This document shows, one piece after another, positions 9,041 to 19,464 of a DNA stretch of 64,000 bases. The notes under the pieces were generated by a model. It was not told where the DNA came from, did no database searches, and saw nothing but the letters and a program-made list of their open reading frames with translations. Both the position numbers and the translations under genes were made by a program. Within the stretch, counting starts at the first letter, position 1, and each line of letters starts with the position of its first letter. The DNA is taken from positions 7,660 through 71,659 of the forward strand of contig CACGIE010000002.1 in the NCBI GenBank assembly GCA_902573015.1, in the 5' to 3' direction. The DNA comes from an uncultured Candidatus Poseidoniales archaeon (GTDB lineage Archaea > Thermoplasmatota > Poseidoniia > Poseidoniales > Thalassarchaeaceae).

Positions 9041-10030
9041 CTACAGAATACTTACTCCTTTTGAGCCTAATTTTGTCTGTAGTGGCCTGCCCCCGGCAAT
9101 CTCGATAGCCTCAGAAACTCTAGCAGGATCCTGGGTGAGTGCCACCATGCACCCCCCTCCGCCGGCACCAGTAAGTTTTGCACCTAGAGAATGGGGCCTT
9201 GCTGCGCTGACCATGCGATCCAACTTATTGGTGCTGACTTCCAACTTCCTGAGACTTTCGTGACAAGCATCCATTGCTATTCCCAAGCCCTCCAGATTTC
9301 CAGCAGAGAGTGCCGTCAATCCCGCTCTCGTAATATTCGCAATTGCCTCCATTTCCTCCATCCTCTGTGGGGACTCAGATATTAGATTCGCTACTTTGGC
9401 TACCATCCTACCAGTTGGAGAGCCTGTACCAGAGTATCCCACTACTAGCCATGCGTCACCAATATCTGCGGGTAGGTCGACGACATTAATCGCCCATTTC
9501 CGCGATCCTTCAGGAGTCTCCAAGCTAGTATCGAAAACGTGTCTAGTTCCTGTAACATGCTCTCCTGAAACCACTACACACCCCCCAAGGGCGCTGGTCG
9601 CTGTATCTGTCGGACTGGCCCTGCCCTTCTGGGCTGTTGCTTCCGCAGAATGAGCCATTTTCGCCAATCTAATCGGATCGAGGGGGATGCGGGGGTTCAG
9701 ATGTGAGTGCAGTGCAGCGCCGAAGGCATTTGATAGAGCAGCGGAAGAGCCCATCCCAGCTGCTGAGAAAAGTGAGCTTTGTACATCAATATCCAGAGGT
9801 TGGCCGTTGTACTGGAAGATATTCTGGATTATATGCGAAATATGCGGGTGCCTGGAGGGCTCGAATGGCTGACCCTCGAGAAGCCATTCATTGGAGTCTT
9901 TCACACTAACTCTTACTCCCTGCTCAATGGCCACGGCTACAGCAGGATGGCCGAAGACTACCGCATGCTCTCCGAAAAGGATACACTTGCCTGGTGCGAA
10001 TGCGCTGGGCATATCTGGTGGCCTGCACAT
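9041..10030 (-). CDS. mvk: mevalonate kinase (GHMP family)
   Basis: APGKCILFGEHAVVFGHPAVAVAI N-terminal motif. GHMP motif FSAAGMGSSAALSNA. Glycine-rich KLTGAGGGGC near the C-terminus. Confidence 0.85.
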   Translation of the reverse strand: MCRPPDMPSAFAPGKCILFGEHAVVFGHPAVAVAIEQGVRVSVKDSNEWLLEGQPFEPSRHPHISHIIQNIFQYNGQPLDIDVQSSLFSAAGMGSSAALSNAFGAALHSHLNPRIPLDPIRLAKMAHSAEATAQKGRASPTDTATSALGGCVVVSGEHVTGTRHVFDTSLETPEGSRKWAINVVDLPADIGDAWLVVGYSGTGSPTGRMVAKVANLISESPQRMEEMEAIANITRAGLTALSAGNLEGLGIAMDACHESLRKLEVSTNKLDRMVSAARPHSLGAKLTGAGGGGCMVALTQDPARVSEAIEIAGGRPLQTKLGSKGVSIL

Positions 10031-10115
10031 TAGGACATGAGTGTTGGCCTCTTTAGCGGTTGTTTCAAGGTCTTGTTTGTAGGCGACAGATTCGGGAAAA
10101 CCCAGGTGAGCACAG

Positions 10116-12104
10116 ATGAAGCACCCCCTCTTGCAGACTTATGGACCATTAGATGGTTGGATGATTCTGCTCCTAATGGGCAGTCTGTCAATAGGATTCT
10201 TCGTCTATCAGGTACAGAAGGCAACGCGTCTAGTGATGATTGGTGCTCCGGACTCGAGATTTGACTCATGGGGACCCAGGGTCAGGGAATTTGTCGTAGG
10301 TTGGTTGGGACAGAAGAAAGTGCTGAGGGATCGTGTTGCAGGGACTATGCACGTTCTGATGTTCTGGGGCTTCCTGATGCTAGCATCGGATATGTTTGAT
10401 CTGGCTACAGCTAATGCTTTCTCTGGAAAGTTGCTGCCGGATGTTCTTGTTGGACCTTGGAACGGGATGGTCGAACTGGGCTATACGATGGCACTTATTG
10501 GATGTGTTTCGGCATTAATTCGTCGTCTGGTATTCACTCCTGAGAAGCTCAAAGGTAAGTCGCAGTTGGAAGGAAACGTAATCCTACTGCTAATTTTCAC
10601 AATCACCACAACGTCATTTATGGTAGAGTCTAAAGAAGACCCCAGTGCCTTCTGGGAGCCCATAGGCTACCAATTCAGCCTCTATGGTCTATCAGATAGT
10701 ACCGTAGTAGCCGCGTATTGGTTGCACATGTTAGCAATATCCGTATTTCTTTTCCTAATCCCTCTTTCAAAGCACATGCACCTGGTGATGGCCGTCCCCA
10801 ACGTATTCTTCCATGATACCGGGCCTGCTGCAAAGATGCGCCCCCTTGCTACCGATGAGCATGGTCTAGCGGTGCCACTGGAGGAATTGGACATAGACTC
10901 TTTCGGGGTTAGCACATACACCCAGTACACTTGGAGGCAACTAATTGACGGATGGTCTTGTACCTCCTGTGCAAGGTGTCAGGACGTTTGTCCAGCATAC
11001 GCTTCAGGCAAGGGCCTGAACCCAATGCAAGTGATTCATGACGTCAGAGATTACGCTAACGAGCACGCTCCAATTCTTCTCTCAGGAGAGACGCCCGATG
11101 AGACGATGATGCAACGGATTACCGATGAGGCGGTTTGGGCGTGCACAACGTGCAATGCTTGTGTTGATGTATGTCCACTTTACATAGAACATGTTCCGAA
11201 ACTAACGGACTTGAGGAGAAACGCAATGATGGAGACTATGGAATATCCAGAGATTCTAAACACGGCGATGGGGAACATAGAATCTGCATCCAATCCGTAT
11301 GGTTTTGGAGAGCATGAGAGGGCAGATTGGGCCTCCGATCTGGATGTCAAGATAGGAGAGCCTGCTGAGTACATCTACTTCGTAGGTTGTGCTGCCAGCT
11401 TCGATGAAAGGAACCAGAAGGTAGCTAGATCCACAATCTCACTTCTGAAGGAAGCTGGACTAGATGTTGGGATACTAGGTATGCAAGAGGGCTGCTCCGG
11501 GGATCCAGCAAGGAGAGCTGGGAACGAATATCTGTTCCAGATGCTAGCAGAGACGAATTTGATGACCTTCCAAGAGTTAGGCGTAAAGCGTATCATTGCC
11601 TCTTGTCCGCATTGCTTCCATACACTTGGAAAAGAGTACGGAGACTATGGCGGAGAAGAGTTGGAGGTATTCCATCATTCGGAGATTCTAGCAAAGCTAC
11701 AGGAGGAGGGGAAGCTCCCCGAGGTTGAGAAGAATGGTCGCAGCATTACTTTCCACGACCCATGCTACCTAGGAAGAATAGGAGGGATAATCGATGAGCC
11801 TAGGAGTGTGATTGGGGGAGTAGATGTCGAGACTGAGAAGAGTGGAAAGGACTCCTTCTGCTGTGGTGCAGGTGGTGCGCAGATGTGGATGGAGGAGGAT
11901 GCTGACAAGCGAGTAAACGAGATCAGGGCCAAGGAGCTCGCAGAGACTGGTTGCGATACAGTAGCTGTAGGCTGTCCTTTCTGCTCGATTATGGTCAAGG
12001 ATGGACTTGACTCAGTTGGAGCTGAGATGGAAGTGATGGACGTTGCAGAACTTCTCTGGGAACAGATTGTGGCCAAGGACAAAGAGATTCATGGCCAGGC
12101 ATAG
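10116..12104 (+). CDS. membrane-bound Fe-S oxidoreductase: NarI-like membrane domain fused to 2x[4Fe-4S] ferredoxin and two CCG (HdrD/GlpC-like) domains
   Basis: Five or six N-terminal TM helices with conserved His. CTSCARCQDVCP and CTTCNACVDVCP ferredoxin motifs. Cys-rich CCG signatures CPHCFHTLG...DPCYLG and FCCGAGGAQMW. Confidence 0.8.
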   Translation: MKHPLLQTYGPLDGWMILLLMGSLSIGFFVYQVQKATRLVMIGAPDSRFDSWGPRVREFVVGWLGQKKVLRDRVAGTMHVLMFWGFLMLASDMFDLATANAFSGKLLPDVLVGPWNGMVELGYTMALIGCVSALIRRLVFTPEKLKGKSQLEGNVILLLIFTITTTSFMVESKEDPSAFWEPIGYQFSLYGLSDSTVVAAYWLHMLAISVFLFLIPLSKHMHLVMAVPNVFFHDTGPAAKMRPLATDEHGLAVPLEELDIDSFGVSTYTQYTWRQLIDGWSCTSCARCQDVCPAYASGKGLNPMQVIHDVRDYANEHAPILLSGETPDETMMQRITDEAVWACTTCNACVDVCPLYIEHVPKLTDLRRNAMMETMEYPEILNTAMGNIESASNPYGFGEHERADWASDLDVKIGEPAEYIYFVGCAASFDERNQKVARSTISLLKEAGLDVGILGMQEGCSGDPARRAGNEYLFQMLAETNLMTFQELGVKRIIASCPHCFHTLGKEYGDYGGEELEVFHHSEILAKLQEEGKLPEVEKNGRSITFHDPCYLGRIGGIIDEPRSVIGGVDVETEKSGKDSFCCGAGGAQMWMEEDADKRVNEIRAKELAETGCDTVAVGCPFCSIMVKDGLDSVGAEMEVMDVAELLWEQIVAKDKEIHGQA

Positions 12105-12173
12105 CTAAATCCTCAGCTCGAATTCAGGCCCTCTAGTCGAGACAATCATTAATCTGAACACTCGCCGAAGTAC

Positions 12174-12578
12174 ATGAGTTCAGAGTTCAGGATGTTCGGG
12201 ATGACCGTTTCCCAGATTGCTATTATGGATGGTGCAATTCTATCCGCATGGGGAGTGATTGCTTATTCTATCCAGAGTGCTGACCCTCCATCGATTACAG
12301 CGATGATTCCTGCCTTCTTCGGATTACCGATGCTCGTTCTTGGATTCCTTTCAGTGAAAAATCCTGCTAATAGGCACCACTACATGCATGCATCCATGGT
12401 TTTTGGGCTTTTGATGGCGTTGGGAGGGGCTAGAATAGCAACAACGTTTGATGGGATGTCCTGGCTTGGAATTGTCTCCCATCTTCTTCTTCTTCTGGTA
12501 GGGATCTCTTTCATGGTCGTGGGAATTATGTCATTCAGAAGTGCCAGACTAGAAAGAGAGTCCTCGGTGATTGGATGA
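12174..12578 (+). CDS. small 4-TM membrane protein, hypothetical
   Basis: 134 aa with four hydrophobic segments. Its stop overlaps the start of the next gene (ATGA). Confidence 0.45.
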   Translation: MSSEFRMFGMTVSQIAIMDGAILSAWGVIAYSIQSADPPSITAMIPAFFGLPMLVLGFLSVKNPANRHHYMHASMVFGLLMALGGARIATTFDGMSWLGIVSHLLLLLVGISFMVVGIMSFRSARLERESSVIG

Positions 12579-13264
12579 AGCCAATCATTGGCATTACCTG
12601 CTTCATGAGGGAAGCCCAATACGGCAATTGGATTAGGCATGCTGCAATCTTGCCTTCGGCTTATGTGTCAATGGTTGACAAAGCTGGAGGTGTACCGATG
12701 ATTATTCCGCCAGCGGGAGATATGACCAGCCTGTTGGATTCGATAGATGGGCTGATAGTTTCTGGGGGTCCGGACATTTCGCCAGCCAGTTACAACGAGG
12801 AGCCCGGTCCGATGACTACAGAATTCTACCCAGAGCAGGACTATTCAGAGATGGGGCTAATCGAAGAGGCTCTTGAGAGAGACTTGCCCCTTCTGGGCAT
12901 TTGTAGAGGAATGCAGATCCTAAGTGTTGCACATGGAGGTAAGATGCATCAACATCTTGACACGACTCCTGGGCATGAGGGTCACGGTGGTTTCAGTGGA
13001 AAATCTACTGAGCACGGAGTAGTCGTGGAAGGGGATTCACTATTGGCAAGCATCATGGGGGAGTCGTTCAAAGTCAACTCTATTCATCATCAGGGAGTAT
13101 CAGATGCTGGGAGCTTGGAAATTTCAGCAAGAGCGGAGCATGATGGCCTAATAGAGGGAGTGGAGCGTAGGGACAAGCAATTCTGCATTGGAGTTCAATG
13201 GCACCCAGAAAGGAAGGGACATGACTTACTATTCTCTGCACTAATTAAAGCAGCGAGGGGTTGA
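12575..13264 (+). CDS. class I glutamine amidotransferase-like hydrolase (peptidase C26, gamma-glutamyl-GABA hydrolase family)
   Basis: GICRGMQIL nucleophile elbow. IHHQGV and WHPE catalytic His/Glu. PuuD-like N-terminal region. Confidence 0.75.
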   Translation: MKPIIGITCFMREAQYGNWIRHAAILPSAYVSMVDKAGGVPMIIPPAGDMTSLLDSIDGLIVSGGPDISPASYNEEPGPMTTEFYPEQDYSEMGLIEEALERDLPLLGICRGMQILSVAHGGKMHQHLDTTPGHEGHGGFSGKSTEHGVVVEGDSLLASIMGESFKVNSIHHQGVSDAGSLEISARAEHDGLIEGVERRDKQFCIGVQWHPERKGHDLLFSALIKAARG

Positions 13265-13290
13265 TGTCTGAAGTGCCATGTCAATAGGTA

Positions 13291-14724
13291 GTGGCAGTCA
13301 GGTTATTCGACACTAGATCTCGGAAAAAGAGAGAATTGGTGACCCTTGAAGAGGGCAAGGTTGGCCTATATGCATGTGGGATTACCCCTTACTCGCCTAG
13401 TCACATTGGTCATGCTAGACAGGCTATTTCATTCGACATCATAGTAAGATGGCTGCGTAAGAGGGGCTTCGAAGTCAGTTATATCACGAATTTCACGGAT
13501 GTTGATGACAAGATCATCTCGGCTGCCAATGAAGAAGGTGTTGACTTCCTAGAAATTTCCAACAGATACATCGACGACTACTTCGAATCTATGGATGCCC
13601 TGAACGTAATTAGAGCGGATGCATACCCAAGAGTAACCGAAACTATTCCAGAAATAATCGAGATGGTTGAGTCACTTATTGAGAAGGGCAATGCGTACCT
13701 AGCCGAGGATGGGGTATACTTCGAAATTGATACTTCACCAGAGAAGTATGGTCAGCTCACGGGCCAAACCTTGGAAATGGTCAGATCCGGGGCCGGTGGG
13801 CGGGTCGACAAAACCGGTTCTGGAAAGAGGGACCATAGGGACTTCGCTCTATGGAAGATGGCGAAGCCTGGAGAGCCTTCGTGGGAGAGCCCGTGGGGAG
13901 AGGGGAGACCGGGTTGGCATATTGAGTGCTCTGCGATGTCACTCAAGCATCTTGGAGAGAGGTTCGACATCCATGGAGGCGGTTCAGATCTCATTTTTCC
14001 ACACCATGAGGCTGAGATTTTCCAGTCAGAATGCTGTCTAGGGCACGATCCAGTGGTGCAGTACTGGATCCATAATGGCATGGTGAACGTAGATGGAGAG
14101 AAAATGAGCAAGTCATTGGATAACTTCTGGACAATATCGGAGGCGTTGGAGAATGTTGACCCCCTTGTATTGAGATACACTCTGATAAACGCCCCTTACC
14201 GTCAGCCAGTAGACTTCAATCAGGTAATGATAGACGACTCGGAGATTCATCACCACAGACTTGTAACGTGCTACGGAGAAGGACTTGCGAAGAAAGGAAG
14301 CGCGGACTGGCGGGGATTCTCTTGGTTGGAAGAAGCTACAAGTAAATTTGAGTCGGGGATGGATGACGACTTCAATACGAGAGTCGCTCTTGTCGAAGTG
14401 CAGTCAGTGGCCAAGAGAATGGGAGTCCTGCTGGACTCCGGAGGGGAGTCTGAAGAGATTGCTGCGGCCATAAGCTGGATTTCTGAATACGCTGGAGATG
14501 TTCTGGGACTTCTTCCCGAGGATTCTGAGGTTCTGGACAAAATAAAGAGCCAGGAGAGTGCGAAGGATGAGATCTCGCAGCATGTCGAGAGTCTTCTTCT
14601 GGAGAGGGATGAAGCGAGGGAATCCAAGGACTGGGCAAGAGCAGATGAAATTCGCGATGAACTAACAGGAATGGGAGTAAAAGTCGAGGATGGCCCCAAC
14701 GGGGCTACTTGGAGAATTGAATAG
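13291..14724 (+). CDS. cysS: cysteine--tRNA ligase
   Basis: HIGHARQAISFDII (HIGH motif). Zinc ligands. KMSKSLDN (KMSKS motif). 477 aa. Confidence 0.95.
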   Translation: MAVRLFDTRSRKKRELVTLEEGKVGLYACGITPYSPSHIGHARQAISFDIIVRWLRKRGFEVSYITNFTDVDDKIISAANEEGVDFLEISNRYIDDYFESMDALNVIRADAYPRVTETIPEIIEMVESLIEKGNAYLAEDGVYFEIDTSPEKYGQLTGQTLEMVRSGAGGRVDKTGSGKRDHRDFALWKMAKPGEPSWESPWGEGRPGWHIECSAMSLKHLGERFDIHGGGSDLIFPHHEAEIFQSECCLGHDPVVQYWIHNGMVNVDGEKMSKSLDNFWTISEALENVDPLVLRYTLINAPYRQPVDFNQVMIDDSEIHHHRLVTCYGEGLAKKGSADWRGFSWLEEATSKFESGMDDDFNTRVALVEVQSVAKRMGVLLDSGGESEEIAAAISWISEYAGDVLGLLPEDSEVLDKIKSQESAKDEISQHVESLLLERDEARESKDWARADEIRDELTGMGVKVEDGPNGATWRIE

Positions 14725-14772
14725 TCATCAATTCTATGAAAGTGCGATATATTACCGTCATCACGGAAGTAC

Positions 14773-16191
14773 GTGCTCTCAATGAGATCGGGTCGAATCA
14801 TAGCATCTCTGGCTTTGGCACTGATGATGCTCTTGCCTGGCTGTCTCGAGGAGGTAACCTCGAGCGAACAGGAGTTCGACTGGAATCGCGACTACGTGCT
14901 AATTGACCCAAGCGGGCACGAGGATCCACGTATGTTCGTAGTAGCCGATCCAGTAGAAAATGAGACTTGGGGGAACGCCACATGGACAGTGTTCGGGAAC
15001 GAGCATGGGGGAAACTGCTGCGAGCATTACCTAGCAGCGACCAAGGAGGGATGGATACTAAACTTTGGCGGGGAATACCCGACATGGTCTGAGGACAGAG
15101 GTCTGACTTGGCAGGAATACAGGCCCACTATTTTCTCCCAATTGGGATGTCTTGAACCCAAGCCCACTGTCCCCGGACAGGAAGGACTAGGGGAAGGAAG
15201 TATAGTTCAGGCAACCAATGGAGATCTTATCTCGATGGGGTGGTTCCCTTACCCTAGTACAAGCGGAGCTGACCAATTCTACGCTTTCTTCTATGACGCT
15301 GAGGACCAGGAGTGGAGTTGGTGCTTCAACAGGACTCCAGAGCCGTTCTATGATAGATCTTGGCAGGTCGAGGTAGTGGGCCCGATAAACGGAGGCCTAT
15401 ATGGCAACGGACCTTGGGCCAGCCTAGTTATTTCCAATTTCTGGCACCAGGTCCAGAATGTTGGAGGTCAGATATCAACTGACGGTCTGAACTACGATTA
15501 TTTCGGGTTCCCAGATAGAGATGAGAGTCTGGACGTTATGGAGGTAGATCTGAGTCCCGAAAGCCTAGGGCCAGAGTGGGACTTCACTAAGCCTCACAAA
15601 GAGATGAGGGCCTTTCCAGTTCCCTCTGGTGGCCTGTACTTTCCGAGCTACTTCATAGATGGAAGTGATGCCTTTTTGGACACTTCACTCAATTGGTGGA
15701 CGGGAGTGACGCTGAATGGTTCCTCGTTGCCGTCACAGTATTGCGCATTTGACTCGTCCACTGCCCTGCACTGCGTAAGCTCGGGACAGACCTCTCTCGT
15801 GCATATGCTCTCATGGGATGGCGGGGAGACGTGGGAAAACCAGACATACAACCTCTCAGAGAGGGCCACTGAGATCGAGGAGTGGGAATTCCACTCTAGC
15901 GGGGTGCATGACCTATTCGTGCTTAACGTTAGGTTCCAGAGCGCAGATGGGCCGGACGTTGATGTTGCCTACCATGTGCGTGAGTTCTCCCAGAGCTTGG
16001 AGCCTGACGTCCTTACCTATCTCGGACAGGGGGATCTTGACTCTACTTCTGGAGCGGGTAATGACATTAGATTCGACTTCGCCAGTATGGGGATACTCCC
16101 GGATGGGGGATCTTTCATTGCATACCATGACTCGACCGATCCCGACCCACTCTTCGGAGTTGAGATGTTGATTCCCGAGCGCTATCTATAG
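14773..16191 (+). CDS. secreted lipoprotein with BNR/Asp-box repeats (sialidase/glycosidase-like)
   Basis: Signal peptide plus lipobox LLPGC. Two S-x-D-x-G-x-T-W Asp-box motifs (SEDRGLTWQE and SWDGGETWEN). Acidic, Trp-rich beta-propeller-like composition. Confidence 0.7.
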   Translation: MLSMRSGRIIASLALALMMLLPGCLEEVTSSEQEFDWNRDYVLIDPSGHEDPRMFVVADPVENETWGNATWTVFGNEHGGNCCEHYLAATKEGWILNFGGEYPTWSEDRGLTWQEYRPTIFSQLGCLEPKPTVPGQEGLGEGSIVQATNGDLISMGWFPYPSTSGADQFYAFFYDAEDQEWSWCFNRTPEPFYDRSWQVEVVGPINGGLYGNGPWASLVISNFWHQVQNVGGQISTDGLNYDYFGFPDRDESLDVMEVDLSPESLGPEWDFTKPHKEMRAFPVPSGGLYFPSYFIDGSDAFLDTSLNWWTGVTLNGSSLPSQYCAFDSSTALHCVSSGQTSLVHMLSWDGGETWENQTYNLSERATEIEEWEFHSSGVHDLFVLNVRFQSADGPDVDVAYHVREFSQSLEPDVLTYLGQGDLDSTSGAGNDIRFDFASMGILPDGGSFIAYHDSTDPDPLFGVEMLIPERYL

Positions 16192-16199
16192 TCAAAATT

Positions 16200-19100
16200 T
16201 CAACGAATTTGGAAGTGAACAATAGTCCCATCGACCTCGAATCTGTCGGATTCTTCTGAGGGTTCACCTTCGTTCAGTGAGGACTCTCCAGCTCTAGTCT
16301 CCGATGTAATATGCTGCCAATCCCTATCATCTAATTCCATTCCTTCAATCCAAACCGACAGTACTATCGAAGACTCTACCTGCAAGTCAAGCTCCTTTCT
16401 TTTGGCTTGGATCCTTCTTGTAATATCCCTGGCTAGTCCCTTCGATAGGAGGTCTGAGTCGGTGTGCATATCCAGGACAATGGATACGTCGCCCTCTTCA
16501 AAAGGTAGAGTCTGCGCGGCGAAACCCTCTCTTTCGACCCTCCTTATCTCAATGTCGGACATGGTGATCTCGTATCCTGCCAGTGCGGCAATTCCAGCTT
16601 CTATCTCGAGAAGTAGTTCTTCGGGGTCAGCCATGTCTAGCTGGGCCAGAACGTCTGGGAGATCGGAACGGCACTTGGCCCCGAGTACCTTCCTATTTGG
16701 CTCAAGGACTATTCTCTGGAAGGCATCGAGGTCCCTCTCTGTGGAAAGTACCTCTACATTGAGCTCCTCTGCTAGTATCTCGCTGAAGCGTGAAATATCT
16801 GGACCTCCGACTATCCATCCTGTCCTGCAAGGAAGCCTCTGCCTCCTGTTCGAATCAACTCTGATTCGTCTACCTGCCTCTGCTAGGGACCTCACTAGAG
16901 CCATCTCCTGCTCAAGCCCGAAGTCCCTTTTGGGTAGTGATCTGTCAACTATCTCCGAGCCGACCGGCCAGTCGGCAAGATGGACTGAGGAGCCGGTCAG
17001 GCTCCTGTGGATGTGATCTGGTGTGAAGGGGGATACCGGTGCCATGAGTCTGCAAACCACTAGTAGAACCTCATGCAAGGTGTGCTGGCACGCTCTCTTG
17101 TCGTTGCTATCTGCCTCATCCCATAGCCTCCTTCTTGATCTACGGACGTACCAATTTGAGAGATCGTTGACGACGAAGTCCTCCAACCCCCTTCCTGCCT
17201 TGTGGAAGTCCCATGAGACGAAGTTCGAGTGATAGTCATCGGCCATCTCGGTGACCTTGGAGAGTATCCAGCGATCCAATGGACTCCTTTCACTGACTGG
17301 AACGAAGCCTGAGTCTTCATCGGGATCGAAACCATCCAGAGCCGCATAATCGGCATGGAACCTGTAGACGTTCCAGAGGGTGAGGAACATCTTTGCGTAC
17401 GACTCCCGAACTCCATTGGAATCAAAATTGGTAGGGGACCATGGTGCGCTTTGTGTGGTCATGTACCACCTGATGGAATCGGCTCCCTCCTTGTTGAAGT
17501 GGTCCCAGGGGTTCACAACGTTTCCTCTCGATTTGCTCATCTTCTTTCCGTCCTTGTCCAGTATATGCCCCAAGGATAGGCATCTTCGGAAGCTAGGCTC
17601 ATCGAACACTGTGGTTGCAACCGCGAGTAACGAGTAGAACCAGCCTCTAGTCTGGTCTACGGCCTCGCAGATGTAGTCTACTGGGAACGATCCTTCGAAC
17701 AATTCTTCGTTCTCGAATGGATAGTGCCACTGTGCGAACGAAGCACACCCAGAATCGAACCAGCAATCCATGACATAGGGCTCCCTGACCATCTCGCCTG
17801 AGCATTCTTTGTTCGTACACACTAATTTCACGTCGTCGACATATGGCCTGTGTAGTTCCTGTGGAGTAGGGGAGTCTTCGGTACTCATCGAATTCATCTC
17901 CTCTATGCTTCCGACGCAGTGCTCGGCCCCGCAATCGGGGCAGATCCATACTGGAATGGGAGTCCCCCAGTACCTCTCCCTGCTGATGGCCCAGTCCTTG
18001 ATGTTGGATAGCCACTCGCCCATCCTCTTTGTCCCAGTCCATTCAGGGGCCCATTCGACGCTAGAGTTGTGAGAAAGAATCTGGTCCCTGACAGCCGTCA
18101 TCCTGACGAACCAGCTGTCCATTGCATAGTATAGAAGAGGGTGGTCTGTCCTCCAGCAATGGGGATAGTCGTGAGTGTAATCATGCTCCCTGTACAAAAG
18201 TCCCCGGGCATCCAGTAGGCTGATGATCTCGTCATCGCAGTCCTTCACGTATCGTCCATCTAGATTCTCATGGACTCCGGAAACGAAAGACCCGTCCATA
18301 CCAACTGTGTGCTGTGCCGGGAAACCGACCTCCATCCCTAACCTGTAGTCGTCCTCACCGTACATCACAGCAGTATGTACCACCCCTGTTCCATCGGTGG
18401 TGGTGACGAAGTCCGCAGAGACTATGGTCCAAGCTGAATCAGATGATCCCCTGTCAATTGCACCTGGGAATAGGGGCGAGTATGACTTTCCGACAAGAGC
18501 CGAGCCCGGGAATTCCTCTATCACGTCGGCATGATTTCTCATTACGTTCCCAATAAGGTCCTTGGCCAATATCAGTTCCTCGCCAACTTCGCCCCCTCCG
18601 CGTCCTTCCCATGACTCTGAAGCCGGCTCAGTGATTCTCACTCTGCAGTATGTCACATCTGGTCCAACGGCCAATCCCACGTTTCCAGGGAGAGTCCACG
18701 GAGTGGTAGTCCATGCAAGAACGGAAGCATCGTCATCTTCTAGTCTGAACTTAACGAACACTGCGGGTTCCGTGACTTCCTTGTATCCCTGTGAGACCTC
18801 GTGAGTTGAGTAACTCGTTCCAGTCTGAGGGCAGTAAGGAAGCACCTTGTGTCCACGGAACAATAGTCCCTTCTGGAACATCTGCTTAAGTGACCACCAT
18901 GCCGATTCAATGTAGTCATCATGCAGAGTGACGTATGGGTCCTCCATGTCTACCCAGAAGCCCATCCTCTCTGTCATCTCCCTCCATGCCTCTTCGTAGG
19001 TCCAAACGCTCTCCTTGCATTTCTTGTTGAATTCCTCCATACCGAACTCCTCAATGGCCTCGTTCGACATCAGATCTAGCTGCTTCTGAACCTCTATCTC

Positions 19101-19382
19101 TACAGGGAGCCCGTGCGTATCCCATCCGCCCTTTCTCTCCACCAAGTGTCCCTCCATAGATTTCCATCTACATACCATGTCCTTGAATAGCCTGGATAGG
19201 ACGTGATGAATTCCTGGTCTGCCGTTGGCGGTTGGTGGCCCTTCCAGGAATGTGAATGGCGAGTCCTTTTCCCTCCTGGATTCTATTGATTCGGAGAATG
19301 TTGACTCCTTCTCCCAGGTCTCCATGAGGGAACTCTCCAGTGAAACTGGATCGAGTTCTCCGGGGGATGAGGGGACTGTCAT
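16200..19382 (-). CDS. ileS: isoleucine--tRNA ligase
   Basis: 1060 aa. PPTANGRPGIHHVL (HIGH-type). KMSKSRGN. Editing domain and zinc-binding C-terminal region present. Confidence 0.95.
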   Translation of the reverse strand: MTVPSSPGELDPVSLESSLMETWEKESTFSESIESRREKDSPFTFLEGPPTANGRPGIHHVLSRLFKDMVCRWKSMEGHLVERKGGWDTHGLPVEIEVQKQLDLMSNEAIEEFGMEEFNKKCKESVWTYEEAWREMTERMGFWVDMEDPYVTLHDDYIESAWWSLKQMFQKGLLFRGHKVLPYCPQTGTSYSTHEVSQGYKEVTEPAVFVKFRLEDDDASVLAWTTTPWTLPGNVGLAVGPDVTYCRVRITEPASESWEGRGGGEVGEELILAKDLIGNVMRNHADVIEEFPGSALVGKSYSPLFPGAIDRGSSDSAWTIVSADFVTTTDGTGVVHTAVMYGEDDYRLGMEVGFPAQHTVGMDGSFVSGVHENLDGRYVKDCDDEIISLLDARGLLYREHDYTHDYPHCWRTDHPLLYYAMDSWFVRMTAVRDQILSHNSSVEWAPEWTGTKRMGEWLSNIKDWAISRERYWGTPIPVWICPDCGAEHCVGSIEEMNSMSTEDSPTPQELHRPYVDDVKLVCTNKECSGEMVREPYVMDCWFDSGCASFAQWHYPFENEELFEGSFPVDYICEAVDQTRGWFYSLLAVATTVFDEPSFRRCLSLGHILDKDGKKMSKSRGNVVNPWDHFNKEGADSIRWYMTTQSAPWSPTNFDSNGVRESYAKMFLTLWNVYRFHADYAALDGFDPDEDSGFVPVSERSPLDRWILSKVTEMADDYHSNFVSWDFHKAGRGLEDFVVNDLSNWYVRRSRRRLWDEADSNDKRACQHTLHEVLLVVCRLMAPVSPFTPDHIHRSLTGSSVHLADWPVGSEIVDRSLPKRDFGLEQEMALVRSLAEAGRRIRVDSNRRQRLPCRTGWIVGGPDISRFSEILAEELNVEVLSTERDLDAFQRIVLEPNRKVLGAKCRSDLPDVLAQLDMADPEELLLEIEAGIAALAGYEITMSDIEIRRVEREGFAAQTLPFEEGDVSIVLDMHTDSDLLSKGLARDITRRIQAKRKELDLQVESSIVLSVWIEGMELDDRDWQHITSETRAGESSLNEGEPSEESDRFEVDGTIVHFQIR

Positions 19383-19464
19383 CGACCATTCGGACCTGTG
19401 AGTTCGTCTTGAACTTGAGGGGGAGCTAGTCGGAGAGGAAAGGTCGTTAATTGCAAGACTTCAA

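Noticed and set aside
16402-17016. 204-aa plus ORF inside ileS
   Set aside because: Antisense to a 1060-aa tRNA ligase with canonical motifs. Ser-rich low-complexity translation.
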